Shown here piece by piece: positions 35,002 through 49,003 of a DNA stretch of 64,000 nt. Where the stretch lies: the NCBI GenBank assembly GCA_964019335.1, contig OZ025674.1, positions 186,001 to 250,000 on the forward strand, given 5' to 3'. Source of the stretch: Diplonema japonicum (Eukaryota; Protista; Euglenozoa: Diplonemea). Position numbers and translations under genes: made by a program. Positions within the stretch are counted from its first letter, which is position 1, and each line of letters starts with the position of its first letter. The notes beneath the pieces were generated by a model. The model was not told where the DNA came from, did no database searches, and was given only the letters and a program-made list of their open reading frames with translations.

Positions 35002-35035
<34 letters not shown>

Positions 35036-36025
35036 AGCTACGGATGGAGAACACACAGATGCAAGAACTGAAGATCGAGAAGGAGCGATGGCAGAGGGAG
35101 TGCGCCGAGCAAGGCGACAAATGGAGGCAGCAGCTGCACGAGGTGAGGGACAGACACCACGCAAAGCTCGAGGAGCAGTGCAGAAAGCACAGCGAGGCCA
35201 TCGAAATGGTGAACAACTTGCGGGCTCAGATCGCCGGGAAGAACGAAGGCCCTCCGACCAACCCAAGAGACCTGGCCTATCTGGAGAAGAAGCTACAAGA
35301 AACGTATGAGAAAAAAAAAGAGAAAAAAAAAAAAAAAAAAAAAAAAAAAAACAAACAGGGAACGCAAGCTTCTTGAAAGCGAGCATGCACTGGGACAAAC
35401 AGAAGGGAGGATCACCAACACACAAGCAGAACTCTCTGCGGCAGACAGCAGGCTGGCACGTGCAGAGGAGCATATCGATGAGCTGAACAGGCAAATTCTA
35501 GAGTACAAAAAGGAGCTGACCGAAGCGAGAAGCGACCGGGAAAGGTTCAGAAGCGAACTGAGGAACACAGGGGGCGGGCAGGGAGGCGGGCAGCCTGTTG
35601 TTCCCGTTATGAACCAAGCAGATCTGCACCAGTTGATGGACGAGAAGGAAGCGTTGCTGAGGCAGCTGAAGCTAGCCACACTGGCCAACCGTGAGGAGAA
35701 GTTCGTGCACCTCTGCGACACGCACAGAGGGGAGGGGTTCGAAGGCCTCATGAAGCACGATATGGAAGATGATGAGATGCCTCTTAGCAAAGAGACCTCT
35801 AAACAGGCCTATACCGTGGTCCTGACATGCTTGGAGAGGATCAAGGGCCAGCCCTTTGTCTGTGCGGGATGCGTCACAGAAATGCACCACTCCTTCGACA
35901 GGCTCCTGAGGATGCTCTTCACGTTGGATGACACTGCTGCTGAGATTGCTGAAACGGAAGATGTAATGGTGTTCCTTATGGCACTCACTTCGAGGCTCTC
36001 AGAAGTTGGAGAGAGAAAGGTTTGA
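33253..36025 (+). CDS. Long coiled-coil protein with HQ/PA-rich N-terminus; 3 exons, ~882 aa
   Basis: Introns 34969-35037 (in frame, poly-A) and 35304-35358 (GTATGA...AACAG, joins ET|ERKLLESE). E/Q/R/K-rich heptad region. Confidence 0.8.
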
Positions 36026-36154
36026 AAGGGGAAAAAGAAGAATATGAAGAATACCTTTTATTTTTAGGTCCACAATGCAGCCGACACTTTACTCAAGATC
36101 ATCTTGACACTAGATTCATGAACGAGAAGAAGAAATTGTAAATAGAGGGGGGAT

Positions 36155-36185
<31 letters not shown>

Positions 36186-36504
36186 CGGAAAAAAGAGAAT
36201 ACAATCCTTTTTAAAAAAAAAAAAAGGAAAACCCTCTCCCCAGCCTGGGGTATTGGGTTTATTTGTTAACACCCCCCCCCACCCTTTCTTTTTCTTTTTT
36301 TGTGCTCCCTTTGCCCATTTCCATACTTTTTTTTGTTCCCCCCTAGATTTGTTTTTTTTTTGTTTGTTTTTTTTTTTCCATCCCCTTATTTCTTTTTTTT
36401 CTTTCCCCTGTCCCATGTGTGTTGTTAGATTTAAGTTCTTTTTTTTTTCTTCTTTTTTTTTCTTTCCCCTTGTTTTTCTTTAAAAAAAAAAAATACAAAA
36501 GGAG

Positions 36505-36537
<33 letters not shown>

Positions 36538-36565
36538 AGAAGAAAAAAAAAAAATAATAAAAAAA

Positions 36566-37120
36566 ATGACGATGGAGACGACCGTGCGCGCAGGGGAGGA
36601 CTTCAATGGGAACTCACTGGACATGACTGACAGTGCTGGGCAGCGGGGCAAGCCTTTGAGTGCTAAAGCAACCCCGTTCGTACCTAAGGTTCAATCTTCG
36701 GAGCAGAATGGGAACCAGTGGGAAACCGTGCTTAAGACTGTAAGGGGCCTTGTCGATGTCAACCAGGAAGTAAATCAGCGGAAAATTGTTAAAATGGAGG
36801 AAGAGCTACAGAATCTAATGGAGGTGTCCATTCACGATTCCCGGGCTTTGACATACGATATCGATTTACTTGAATCTACTGTCTCGTTTCTAACTCAAAA
36901 AGTTGCAAAGCTATCAGAGGTGCGTGACCAAGAACACCAACACCTTTTCTCCGAGCTCTCTTCCCTGTCATCCTCTATTGAGAAGGACCTGGGTCTCTCG
37001 CTCCATGATGACGAAGAGACCAGCAACGAACTTTTAATCTCCTTTACTCATGACTCTACAAGCGAGACGGGCCATAGTGAGAAGAACGACATTTCCTTTG
37101 TTTTCGGTCATGAAAATTGA
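36566..37120 (+). CDS. PAM2-motif (PABP-interacting) small coiled-coil protein, 184 aa
   Basis: KPLSAKATPFVP fits the PAM2 consensus L[NS]xxAxxFxP. ATG follows a long A-run. Confidence 0.7.
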   Translation: MTMETTVRAGEDFNGNSLDMTDSAGQRGKPLSAKATPFVPKVQSSEQNGNQWETVLKTVRGLVDVNQEVNQRKIVKMEEELQNLMEVSIHDSRALTYDIDLLESTVSFLTQKVAKLSEVRDQEHQHLFSELSSLSSSIEKDLGLSLHDDEETSNELLISFTHDSTSETGHSEKNDISFVFGHEN

Positions 37121-37964
37121 TTAGGTATTTTTATTTTTTTTATTTTATTTTATTTTTTTTTTGTTAAATACTTTAATAGAGGTATATCCCCTCCCCCCTT
37201 CCCTTTCCCACTTTTTATTTTTTGTGTTAATTTTTTTTTTCCGACTACTCACCTTTTTTCCCCCCCCCCTCCATTTTGTGGAAAAAAAAAGAAGAAAAAG
37301 ATTTTTTCCACTTTTTTTTTTGTCCCTCTCTTTTTACTTTTTTTTTTCACCTGTACATTTTTTTTTTGTCGTCCCCCTCCCTTCTTTTCTTCCTTGGACT
37401 TTTTTTTTTTTCTTCTTCCTTTCACCCTTTCATTTATGGCAGCTGCTTCCCAATTGTCTCTCCCCTCTTGTCGGTGGGGGGGTCGGGATGAGAGAAAGAA
37501 AGAGGGGAGAAAGAAGTCAAAGGCAATATTTTTCTTTTTTTTTTCTTTGACCCTTAAGAGTAATGGAATGAGGGGTTTCGATGGAAAGAGAAATGGGGGG
37601 GGGGGGGGAAGGGGGGGAAATGAGAGAGAGAAAGAGTAGAGACAGGGGTGAAGTATACTTGTGGTGGGTTTTATCCCATCATGTAGTAATTTTTTTTTTT
37701 TTTGGAAGAGTATGGGGGACTTGGGTTGATGGGGTGTTTTCACACCTTCCCTATCTTTCCTTCCCCCCTGCTCTTTTTTAGTCCCCCCCCCCCCTTCTTT
37801 GCCCCACCACCCCTCTGTCCTCGCCTTTACTCTCTCCACTTCTCTGAAATGTTACTCTACAGATTTCCCTGTCCATCCCTGCCTCTTCCTCTATTTCCCT
37901 TCGATACTCCCTTTCCCTATTTTATTTCATTTTTTGTAACACATCGTAACCTTCAGCCGTCCAT

Positions 37965-38001
<37 letters not shown>

Positions 38002-38154
38002 CTCTTCTTTTTTGCGAGTCCATTGCTAGCATTGTGCCCAAACACTGCGAAACAACAAAGCCACCTATAGTTTTCCAAAAAAAAAACAAAAAAAAAAAAA
38101 AGGAGGGGAGGGCGGGGGGAGAGGAGGGGTTTGAAAAAAAAAAAAAAAAAAACG

Positions 38155-39304
38155 ATGAATGAACAAAAAGAACTGGAAGAGCTGCAAAGAAAGTTAAAGA
38201 TGCTCGAAGACAGGGCAGAGACGAGGAAGAAGGGTGGGGTCGTCGTGGGGTCGGTTCTGGAGGAGGAGGATCAGAGCGTGGGCCATGCTGAAAGCAGCAG
38301 CGGAGGGTCAATGAAACGAGGGTGGCCAGAGCCAGGCAAACCAAAAGATTTCAGAGCGACCCCCCCCGCAGTCCGAGCACCCACACCGCTGGAAATTGTA
38401 AACCCGATAACGGAAGAATGCTTATTCCCGAGACCCACCAGCGAAATGGAAGAACAGCAACCACCACACCCACGGTCAGACGAAGAAAGCGAATGCCCGC
38501 AATCCACCCGCCGCCCTTCGTCCTCTCTCCTCAGACAGCAGCTAACGGACGCCTGCGACATGCCTTGTGAAGAGCACCTACATGAATACGCCAGGCTTCT
38601 AGGGATGGACCCAACAGCATATGGCGACTCCTTACTCCTCTGGATTGCAGCAGAAGGCCTCTCTGCCCCGCTCCCTCAAGATTGGTGCTGGGAGGAATCA
38701 CAAGACGGAGAAGTATATTACATCCACACCCCTACGAGACAGACCCAATGGGAACACCCTGTCGATGTTAAGTACGAAAATCTCTTTAGACAACACCGGG
38801 TATGCATTTTGGTGAAGAAAAAAAAAGAAATCCCCCTTGCAGGCGAGACTACAGGCGGTTTTGTTTGAATTAACATATTTGGAGGAGTTGGGGTGGGGGC
38901 TACCTCTTCCGATGACGAATATCCACCTTACTCCGGGGCTTCTGTTAGATCCTGATACTGTGCTGTGGCTGCACAAATCGTGGTCGGTGGAGGGGGTGGT
39001 ATGGGAGAAAAAAAAGGGGGAAGAAAAAAAAAAGAAAAAAAAAAAGGCGTACCCAGGTGAACGTACTCAAATTCGTGTTGAAGAGCTTCCAATTGAGTGT
39101 TTTAAGGAGTTGCAAACCTGTACTGTAACCCCCGCTCAGCCTGGGGTTGTTCGATTGTCTACAGTGGAACACGATTCGGGTGCTGTTGTGAGTAAGTGGC
39201 TTGAGGTAGATGAAATCGAGGACGGCAGGCTTTCCTTCACATTCAGGGAGAACTCTGATGCGCCACACTCAGCTTCGGCTTACTTCCTCCAACTTGCACC
39301 GTAA
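38155..39304 (+). CDS. CEP164-N-terminal-type WW-domain protein; 3 exons, ~352 aa
   Basis: EYARLLGMD...LLWIAAEGLSAPLPQDW...GEVYY...TQWEHPVD. Introns 38800-38842 and 38999-39046 (the second acceptor is less certain). Confidence 0.78.
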
Positions 39305-39625
39305 AAGAGAGGGGGAAAGAAGGTTGGTTTCCACTATCCGTCTTTTAGCATTTTTCTTTTTTTTTTTTTTGATTCTCAGTACTAAATAGTGGGGTTGCCC
39401 CCCCCCCCCCCCCCCCCCCTGCAAGAAAAGAAACATAAAGGATAAGAAAATCTCTTTCAGTGTCTTCTCTTGTAAATGAAGTTCCCCCCCCCCCCCCCCC
39501 CGTTCTTTTAGGTGTTCTTCTTTTTTTTTGTTGTTTAGTCAAAAAAAAAGAGGGTTAAGGGGGGGTAATCCCCTCCTCCTGTCTCTCTCTCACTTTCTCA
39601 CCCATAGTAGATGAAAATCCGAATA

Positions 39626-39662
<37 letters not shown>

Positions 39663-39699
39663 GAAAAATAAAAAAAAGTAAACTTCCCCCCTTTTTTTT

Positions 39700-39806
39700 C
39701 TACGGGACCACAGGGGACTTGGGAGGCTTCGGGGTGAAGTTTCACAAGGGTGCCGCTGTGTCACATACTGCATGGCACCACTAAAATCGAGACAACTTTT
39801 TTTTTT
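39700..39806. repeat. ~100-bp dispersed repeat, copy 2
   Basis: Matches 6079-6175 with small indels and ends in a T-run. Confidence 0.85.
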
Positions 39807-40365
39807 AGTTTCGTGAAATATCTCAAAACCCCTCCTCCCGATGTCTATTCGAAATTACTCAATTAATGTCTCGTTGCAAGCTCAAGTTTTGCATAATGTA
39901 TTTATATGGTCGGTGTTTACAGTAGTTGTCATATCGGGGAAAACGAATTTTTGTCGTTGGCAACAACCGCATAACTTAACTGGCTATGAATACAAAGGGT
40001 GTGTGGGTTTTTGTAGTATCTGTCCAAAGAAAAACTAGAAACTTCTCTCTTATTGTTTTTTTTTCTTTTTTTTTTGGAACTTACGACCTAGCGAGCTGGG
40101 CAAGAAAAAACTCGGCTAGACCCTCGGTGTTCACAGTCGTCTGATTCCGGCAGAAATCAGGAAATCAGTACACTTGCTGCGGACACATTACATCTTCCCA
40201 CTCAAACTGCTGAATCAAAGATGCGTTGGCTGTCGTTAGGCGACCCTGTCACATACTGCGGGTTCCCTTCAAAGACACAGAATAGTTGAATTGTTTCAAT
40301 TTTTTTCTCTTTTTTTACTTGTCCTCCCCCCCTCCCTCCTTCTTTTTTTAACCCCTCACTTTTCT

Positions 40366-40406
<41 letters not shown>

Positions 40407-40619
40407 CGCATCACCGCTGCGCCCCCGGTCAACAAGTGAATCGAAGGTTATTATACTGCCTGATGAGAACCTGGATACCCAGAGCGTGACTCAGCTGAGG
40501 GCCTTAGCGAAAAAACCGTGCAGCCCATGCGACCCCATATTGGTTGCGAAAGGGCACCAAGGAAGTGTTTCCCACCTCTCGGAGTCCACCGTTCTTGCAA
40601 AACTGAAACTACGTTCGGG

Positions 40620-40653
<34 letters not shown>

Positions 40654-40671
40654 AGCAGTATTTTACACACA

Positions 40672-41409
40672 ATGTACACGACAAGATTGTTAGTCACATT
40701 GAGCGGCTTGGGGATGGCCATGGTAGGGTGGTGGTTGGGGTGCATTGAAATCATCGGAGAAGTGAAAGCAGAGCCTATCGTACAAAAAACACGGGAACGC
40801 AAAAAAGAACGGACAGTTAACTGGCTGTTTCTGGGGGACAGTTTGGTAGCTGGTGCTATGTTTGCGAAACACGGGCTGAAGTACGCCCCTTGGGGGGAGC
40901 AGGTGGGGAGGAACATAGACATGAAAGGCTTCCCGGGCTGGACCAGCAAAGCCATCCTTGAAAACTTCGAAGCCGTCACCACGAAAATTCCCCAAACGAC
41001 CTATACTCACTGCCTTATCATGCTTGGGACGAATGACGTAGTCCAGCGACACCCCATAGAGAGTACCGTTTCAAACATCCAAAAAATATCTCAAAAGATC
41101 AAAGACCGTTACAATACCACAATCGTGTTTCACCACCCTGTCCCAGAAATATCGTCCTTCACCCCTACAAACAGCGCGGTCAAGAAGGCCACCTCGCAGT
41201 ACTGTCCTTCCCTCCGTTCGCAGAATCCTAAAATACGGTCCCTCAACGAGCTGTTGTCCAACTCCCTTCCCCGAGGAGTGATGTTGAAAGATTCTTTTAA
41301 AGGGTTGGAGATAGGAAATGAGCTGTGGTCGGATTGCGTGCACCCGAATGAGAATGGGTATAGAAAACTGGGCGGGTTGGTCCGCGATCAGTTGAAAGGA
41401 CTGGTTTGA
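40672..41409 (+). CDS. SGNH/GDSL-family hydrolase (esterase/lipase), 245 aa
   Basis: Blocks FLGDSL, GFPGWTS, LGTND, DCVHPN. Hydrophobic N-terminus. Confidence 0.9.
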   Translation: MYTTRLLVTLSGLGMAMVGWWLGCIEIIGEVKAEPIVQKTRERKKERTVNWLFLGDSLVAGAMFAKHGLKYAPWGEQVGRNIDMKGFPGWTSKAILENFEAVTTKIPQTTYTHCLIMLGTNDVVQRHPIESTVSNIQKISQKIKDRYNTTIVFHHPVPEISSFTPTNSAVKKATSQYCPSLRSQNPKIRSLNELLSNSLPRGVMLKDSFKGLEIGNELWSDCVHPNENGYRKLGGLVRDQLKGLV

Positions 41410-41720
41410 GAAAGTTTTTTTTTTTTTATATTTTTTTTTTTTATTATTATTATCGGATTCTCTTGCCTGTAGGTCTTTCTTTTTCTTCTCAGATCTAAAA
41501 GGTTTCCTTGGCTCTTCTTTTCGGCATCCGTTGTACAATTGAGGTTCTTTTCAAAAACAAAACTTAGGACGGTTTCTTTTTTAAAAAGTCCAGTTGCGTT
41601 CCAGCTTACAATCTCAGTAACCCAGTCATCGCTTCTGCCTCGTTCGTCTCTTCTGACCATCATCCCGAGGCCCTTTATCTCTGCGGCAGGCAAAAAAAAA
41701 AAAAAAAAAAGAAAAAGAAA

Positions 41721-42236
41721 ATGTGCAAATCTGATGTACTGGGCTCCCGTTCAATGGACATGGCGGCCTTTAGAAAAACAGATGCTGCAAAAAGGGGGTT
41801 GGAAAAGGTGTTGGTGGCTGTGTCATTTCAGGTGAATGAAAATTGTGAAGCCACAATGAAGATGTTCGTAAACAGGGAAGAGACGTGGTTGGGGATGCAG
41901 CAGAGAGCGTGTGAAATTGTGGAGAATAAGTTCGGCCTTCAGCTTCCTTACTACAAGTCATGTGTCGAAGTTCCCGCTGCGATCCCCGCCAAAGAAAAGC
42001 GGAGGAAGTCCCTTCTCTCGAAGCTGCTGGGCAGCCGTGCGAGGGCAGCTACGTTCTCTACCCTAGAGCCTGGCACCACTACCGCTTTCCCTACAACTGA
42101 TTTGTTTTTTGAACATTCTTACGTAAAGTCTTGCATTGCCTCTGGGATGATGCCTTCGCTCTCTCTGATCTGCAAGCCTCTTCCCACTATCTCTCAAAGG
42201 CGAAGGGCTGCTACTTTGTCGGTTTCAATTTTGTGA
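41721..42236 (+). CDS. Hypothetical protein, 171 aa
   Basis: ATG after an A-run and coding-like composition. Repeated RAAT[FL]S phosphosite-like motif. Confidence 0.6.
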   Translation: MCKSDVLGSRSMDMAAFRKTDAAKRGLEKVLVAVSFQVNENCEATMKMFVNREETWLGMQQRACEIVENKFGLQLPYYKSCVEVPAAIPAKEKRRKSLLSKLLGSRARAATFSTLEPGTTTAFPTTDLFFEHSYVKSCIASGMMPSLSLICKPLPTISQRRRAATLSVSIL

Positions 42237-43289
42237 AAAAAGAAAAAAAGGAGACGGAAAAAATCATTTTTTTTTCTTTTTTTTTTTTTTTTTTCCTCCG
42301 GAGGGGTGACGCGATTTTGCAGAAATCCTGCGATACCCCCTGTCCCCCTCTTGGAAACTTTTTCGAATTTCTTTCGGAAAACTTGTTTTTTTTTTATTTT
42401 TATTTCTTCCCCCGTGGGGGGAGGGCCAGTTTTTTTTTTTTTTTTTCCGAGATTTTCATGAAGGTCTAATCTATTTGTTTTGAAAAAAAAAAAAAAAAAA
42501 AAAAGAAAACCGAAAAGAAACGAGGAAAAAAGGGAAAGAAACTTTTCTGCGTCCTTTTTTATCCAAACAGGAAGAGAGAAAGAAAGAAAGAAAAAAAGAG
42601 GGAAAAAAAAAAAAAAAGATGGCTGTAGTCTGTACACCCCGTGTCGGGCAGCTACCAAAATCCGCACTGTGCAAGCCAGAATAGTCTTTTTTTTTTTTTT
42701 TTTTTTGTAAAGGGTTGAAATAAAAGAAAGACCCTCTTTTTTTTTTCTAGATTTTTGTGGGTATCTTCTTTTCTTTGCACCCATAGTCGTAAGATAAATT
42801 ACAAAAAAAAATCTTTTTTTGTGATACGGACGAAGCCCACGATTGTGAAAACTAGAGGTACCCACCTTCCTATTCCCTTTAGGTGATGACACTTGGGTCG
42901 GCATCTCAGGGAAATTTACTTCTCTTTTTCGAGTTTCCCCCTACCCCCCCCCCCCTTTTTTTTCTTCTCAAAGTCGGTGTTAAAAATAAAATAAAAAGAG
43001 GGAAATTCTGCTTTTCTTGTTCGCAGCCTTTTTTTGACCTTATTGTACCGCTTGAGGGGATTTTTTGTTTATGCGTCAGGAGATATAAGGAATAAAGACC
43101 TTTAGAAGAAAGGCACTGTCTTTTCAACCCCCCCCCCCTCCCTTTTTTTTCTTCTCCCTCCTCTGTGTGCGATTTCTTTTTTTTATATCCAGTTGTTTCC
43201 TTGCAATCTTGTGTCCCTTTGCTAGCAGGGATATCTAGTGATATTTTAGGAAACATTAGAACTACCGTATATTCTTTATTAACGATTTT

Positions 43290-43325
<36 letters not shown>

Positions 43326-44479
43326 AGGGCTATTTTTTATATATAAAAACAACGACAACAAAACAAAAAAAAAAAGAAGAAGAAGAAGAAGAAGAGTAAA
43401 TTAATTTTTTAAAGGAGAATGCGGTATTTTCTAGTTTTCTTTCATTTTTGGGGGAAAGTATTTTTAGAGACCAAAAAAAGAAGGGGGGGTGGGGAAAAAA
43501 AGGGGGGGGGGCGAGAAAAAAAAAGGAAGGACAGTGGTCTCAGATAGCTAGTCTTTTTGTGGCACTCTCACATTTGGTCTCAAATTACTTTACCCCCCTT
43601 TTTTTTATTTTGGTAGTAACATGGAATTATAAAGAAAAAAGTACATCAGATGTGTTGTTCGCTGTTGACCTCCTCGTCGGTCATCACCGGTAGCGCCCAG
43701 TGGAATAACGTATTGCAGATGCTCAGCAAAGTGCACAGCACACCGCACGCATTAAGGACACGACGCGGAACGCAGAAGAAGCTACAGCTCGGCCGAGGTG
43801 CGCCCCCTGTAATCAAGTAGACAGTTCATGCTTCGTTACACTTAGCGCCAAGTAGTGTTGCAATCAAAGCCCCATTTATTTTTTTTTTATTATTTCTCCT
43901 TAACAGAATGGAAAGGGACGGATAAGGTGAAGAAGAAAAAGCAAAAAAAAAAAAAAAGAAAAAAAAAAAAAAAGAAAAAACGAAAAAAGAGGGGCGAGGA
44001 GTAAAGATCGAGAGGGGAAAAAAAAAAGAAAAAAAAAAAAAGAAAAAAAAGGGCGAAATTTGAAGAGCTATTAACTCGTCGATAGTTTGCTTTTTTTTTT
44101 TCTTTTTTTTTTTTTCTTTTTTCCATATTCCCTTTTTGTTTTATTCCAGATGGTGAGCGCGAAAGCGCACGAACCTTAAATGTGTAGTTTATTCTTCTTT
44201 TCTTTCTTTCTCGCAGCTCCTTTGTCTTTTTATCGTCTCCTTTTTTCTCCTTTCTGGAGACGCCCCTTTTCATATTCTGGTGATGAAGCCCCACGCACCG
44301 TGGAGGCTTCAAGTCTAGTTTACTTACTAGCTTTCTTTTATTTGTCTCATTGTTTCCTTCCTCTTTTCAAACAAGAGAAATAACAGCGCACGGGTCAGGC
44401 AGTGACCCGCCAGTTCTTCTCTCTGCAAAAATGGAGGGGGAAAAAATGGAAAAAAGAAAAAAAAAAAAAAATAGCGGGG

Positions 44480-44521
<42 letters not shown>

Positions 44522-45735
44522 TAAAGAAAAAAAAAAGTAGCAGTGTGTGTTATCGCGGCAATGCTTGCTATTTTCTTCTTATCTTTTTTTTTTTTTTTTT
44601 TCCCCGTTTTTTTTTTTTTTTTTTTTTTTTTTTTATTCTTCTTTTTTTTTTCCCCCTCTTCTCTTTTTTTTTTTCTTTTTTCTTTTTTTTGCCAACACTT
44701 TACTCTGTTGCAATGACGAAGGTTAACAAATCATGCTGAGCCCAATATTTTCTTTTTTGTGTTTAAAACTATACTCAACAAGAGCCTGGTTTCCTCTTCC
44801 CCCCTCACAACAACGACAAATAAGGGCTAGATGGGCGTTTGCTCGGATCTTTACACTGTAAATATCCATCTTCCCTTATTTTTTTTAAGTACTATAATAT
44901 TGTAAAGCAAGCCCCGACGGACGGAACAATCCTGCCAAGATGGACAACACGATCAGTGTGAGAATGTCCAGTTCGTCAGTTCTTTTTATTTTCATTTTCC
45001 TATTGCACACAAGGCAGCCGGCATCTTTCTCTTTATCCTTTAGCAGTAGTAAGTTCGAAGTGAAAAAAAAAAAAAAAAAAAAGAAGAAAAAAAATTTAAA
45101 AAAACAAAAAAGACAAATATTGTTAACCCCATGCTGTAAACCTTCGTTTCCACTTTTTTTAAAAAAAAAAAAAAAAGTTACTCGTTGTATCATTATATTG
45201 ATGACAATACTTTTATTTTTTCATCAAAAAAAAACACAGAACAAAAATTCTCTTGTTTTATTTTAATCCCCCCCCCCGTATTTATTATATATTTATTATT
45301 CCTCTCTGATACCTTTCTTTTCCTCTCTTTTTCTAATTTTTTTTGTTGCGCAAACCGCAATTGGGGCGGGGAATGGGGTGGCATTTGAATAAGATCTCTT
45401 TTTTTTTTTCTTCTTTCTTTTTTTTTTCTGCAAGAGCGTCTTTAACTTTGTTCTAAACCGAAGAAAAGAAAAAAAGAAAAAAGAAATCCAATTTTTTTTC
45501 TTTTACCTCCCTTGTCACCCAGTCTCCCCCCCCTCCTCCTTTTTTTTTTAAACCCCTATGATATTTCTTACTTCCCCATTTATTTAATTTTAAAAATGAT
45601 TTTTTTGAATTTTCAAACAAAAACACACAACAACCACAGGGAGAAGGCGAGGCGGAGGGGGGGGGGGGGAAGAGGGAGGGGGCAGCATACAAAAAAAAAT
45701 ATTTAAAAAAGAAATATAAAAAAAAGAAAAAAAAA

Positions 45736-47596
<1,861 letters not shown>

Positions 47597-47877
47597 AGAA
47601 GGAAACGAAGAAAAAAAAGGGGGGGTAGAAAGTGTTTGCGAAAAAAAAAGAGAGAAGGGGGTAAAAAAAAAAGAGGGGGGGGGGGAATGTTATTTTTTTT
47701 GTTTAGTAATCTCCGGAGAGAAAGAGGACGAGAAGGGCTCTTTTTTTTGTATGTAAAATCGTTCTCTCATCACAACCCCCCCGTAGTATCCATCGTTATC
47801 TTTGTTCAAAGGAACAGAAACAAATGTTTTTTTCAAAAAAAAAAAAATACCATTACCCACTTAACAACCAGGTACTG

Positions 47878-48927
47878 ATGGCCGCGGTACCCTCCTGGGA
47901 GCCCGAGACGGTCGAGAAAGAGTCAAAAGGGTCTTATCGATGTGGTGTGGTGGTGGGTGGAACGGGCGAGGTGTCGGGGGAGGCGAGTCTTCAGTTGAAA
48001 GACTTTAATCTCAACCCAGGAAAGCGGTTCAGGGGGGGCAAGGACGTTCTGTCAGTTTCGACGGAAATGGGGAGATGGACACAGAGGGGAGACCTCACAT
48101 GGCAGAGGCCCCTCAGGAACGGGCAGCTGGGGGTGTCCGTGACGCACAAACAACACCCCGCACGGCAGGCACAGCCTGGGTGGCCATCGTGGCATTCCCA
48201 GCATCGAAGGTCCACCGAAGGCCGCTTGTCATGGATGCGCAACTCCGTCGTCAGAGAAATATTTTGCAGAGTTAAAAAATGGGACGGCGAAGTGGACGGG
48301 TCAGAGCTTCCCGTAGCTGCGGTGGGGGCTAAGCTGCTTTTCGGCGATCGAAACACGCGTTTGTCAGCACTCCTCGAAGGCGGCATCACAACACCTTTCG
48401 CACGTCTGGAGCTTGATGGGCTGCTCCGCAGGGGGGACCCTCGCTTTGCGTCAACTGAATTACGCGCCAACGTTAGAAATCTGAATATGCTCCTTGAGCC
48501 GTTCTCTCCTGAGCCGCCTGCTGGTGAGCTGTATAACTTCGGTGGTGCTGAAGTACGGGGTTTCACTCAGACAGGGCTTCTCCCCTCAGCAGCAGGGGAC
48601 ATGCGCAACACGCTCCCTGCCACTTCCACAGCTAGCTTCTCTGTAACCCGTCTTGCCCCTATCGACTCGTCTATTGGTCTTCTTATCTTCCTTGATGGTG
48701 GTGCCGCTGCTGGACGTGGGCACGTCAGTCCGAGCAATACCCTTCCCCTTCTGGACTCACCTAAACACGCGTCTTGGGCCACACCCCTCTTCCTTTCTTA
48801 CGGGGTGGGGCTTTATATCCCGTCGGCACCGAATCTCCGTGCCGGCATCGCGTGGGGACTCGACAAGAGGCTGCAAGCGAGAAAGACTACTCAAAGGTTC
48901 TTCCTTTCAGCGGTTGGCGAGCTTTAA
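47878..48927 (+). CDS. SAM50: Omp85/Sam50(Tob55)-like beta-barrel, ~349 aa, no obvious POTRA
   Basis: GEASLQLKDFNL (first strand region), YNFGGAEVRGF (L6 VRGF motif), IFLDGG, LSYGVGL, terminal RFFLS strand. Confidence 0.65.
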   Translation: MAAVPSWEPETVEKESKGSYRCGVVVGGTGEVSGEASLQLKDFNLNPGKRFRGGKDVLSVSTEMGRWTQRGDLTWQRPLRNGQLGVSVTHKQHPARQAQPGWPSWHSQHRRSTEGRLSWMRNSVVREIFCRVKKWDGEVDGSELPVAAVGAKLLFGDRNTRLSALLEGGITTPFARLELDGLLRRGDPRFASTELRANVRNLNMLLEPFSPEPPAGELYNFGGAEVRGFTQTGLLPSAAGDMRNTLPATSTASFSVTRLAPIDSSIGLLIFLDGGAAAGRGHVSPSNTLPLLDSPKHASWATPLFLSYGVGLYIPSAPNLRAGIAWGLDKRLQARKTTQRFFLSAVGEL

Positions 48928-49003
48928 CAATTCTGTTTTCTTTTTCATACCTAACTGATTCACACCAACAGGGCCACCCGTGGAGGGAAAGAGAAGCGAG
49001 GAA

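Noticed and set aside
33945-35216. 423-aa antisense ORF (and similar antisense ORFs under the giant genes)
   Set aside because: Shadow of biased codon usage on the coding strand; S/C/L-rich with no domain features.
39807-40040. TE-like mixed sequence after the 100-bp repeat
   Set aside because: No convincing TIR, TSD or second copy in the window.
40458-40503. TGATGA...CTGA resembling a C/D snoRNA or hammerhead core
   Set aside because: Too short (~45 nt), no recognisable rRNA guide, and no proper stem II/GAAA geometry; may be a degraded coding fragment.
43645-43690. Minus-strand GTGATGA...CTGA
   Set aside because: No terminal stem or identifiable guide; expected by chance.
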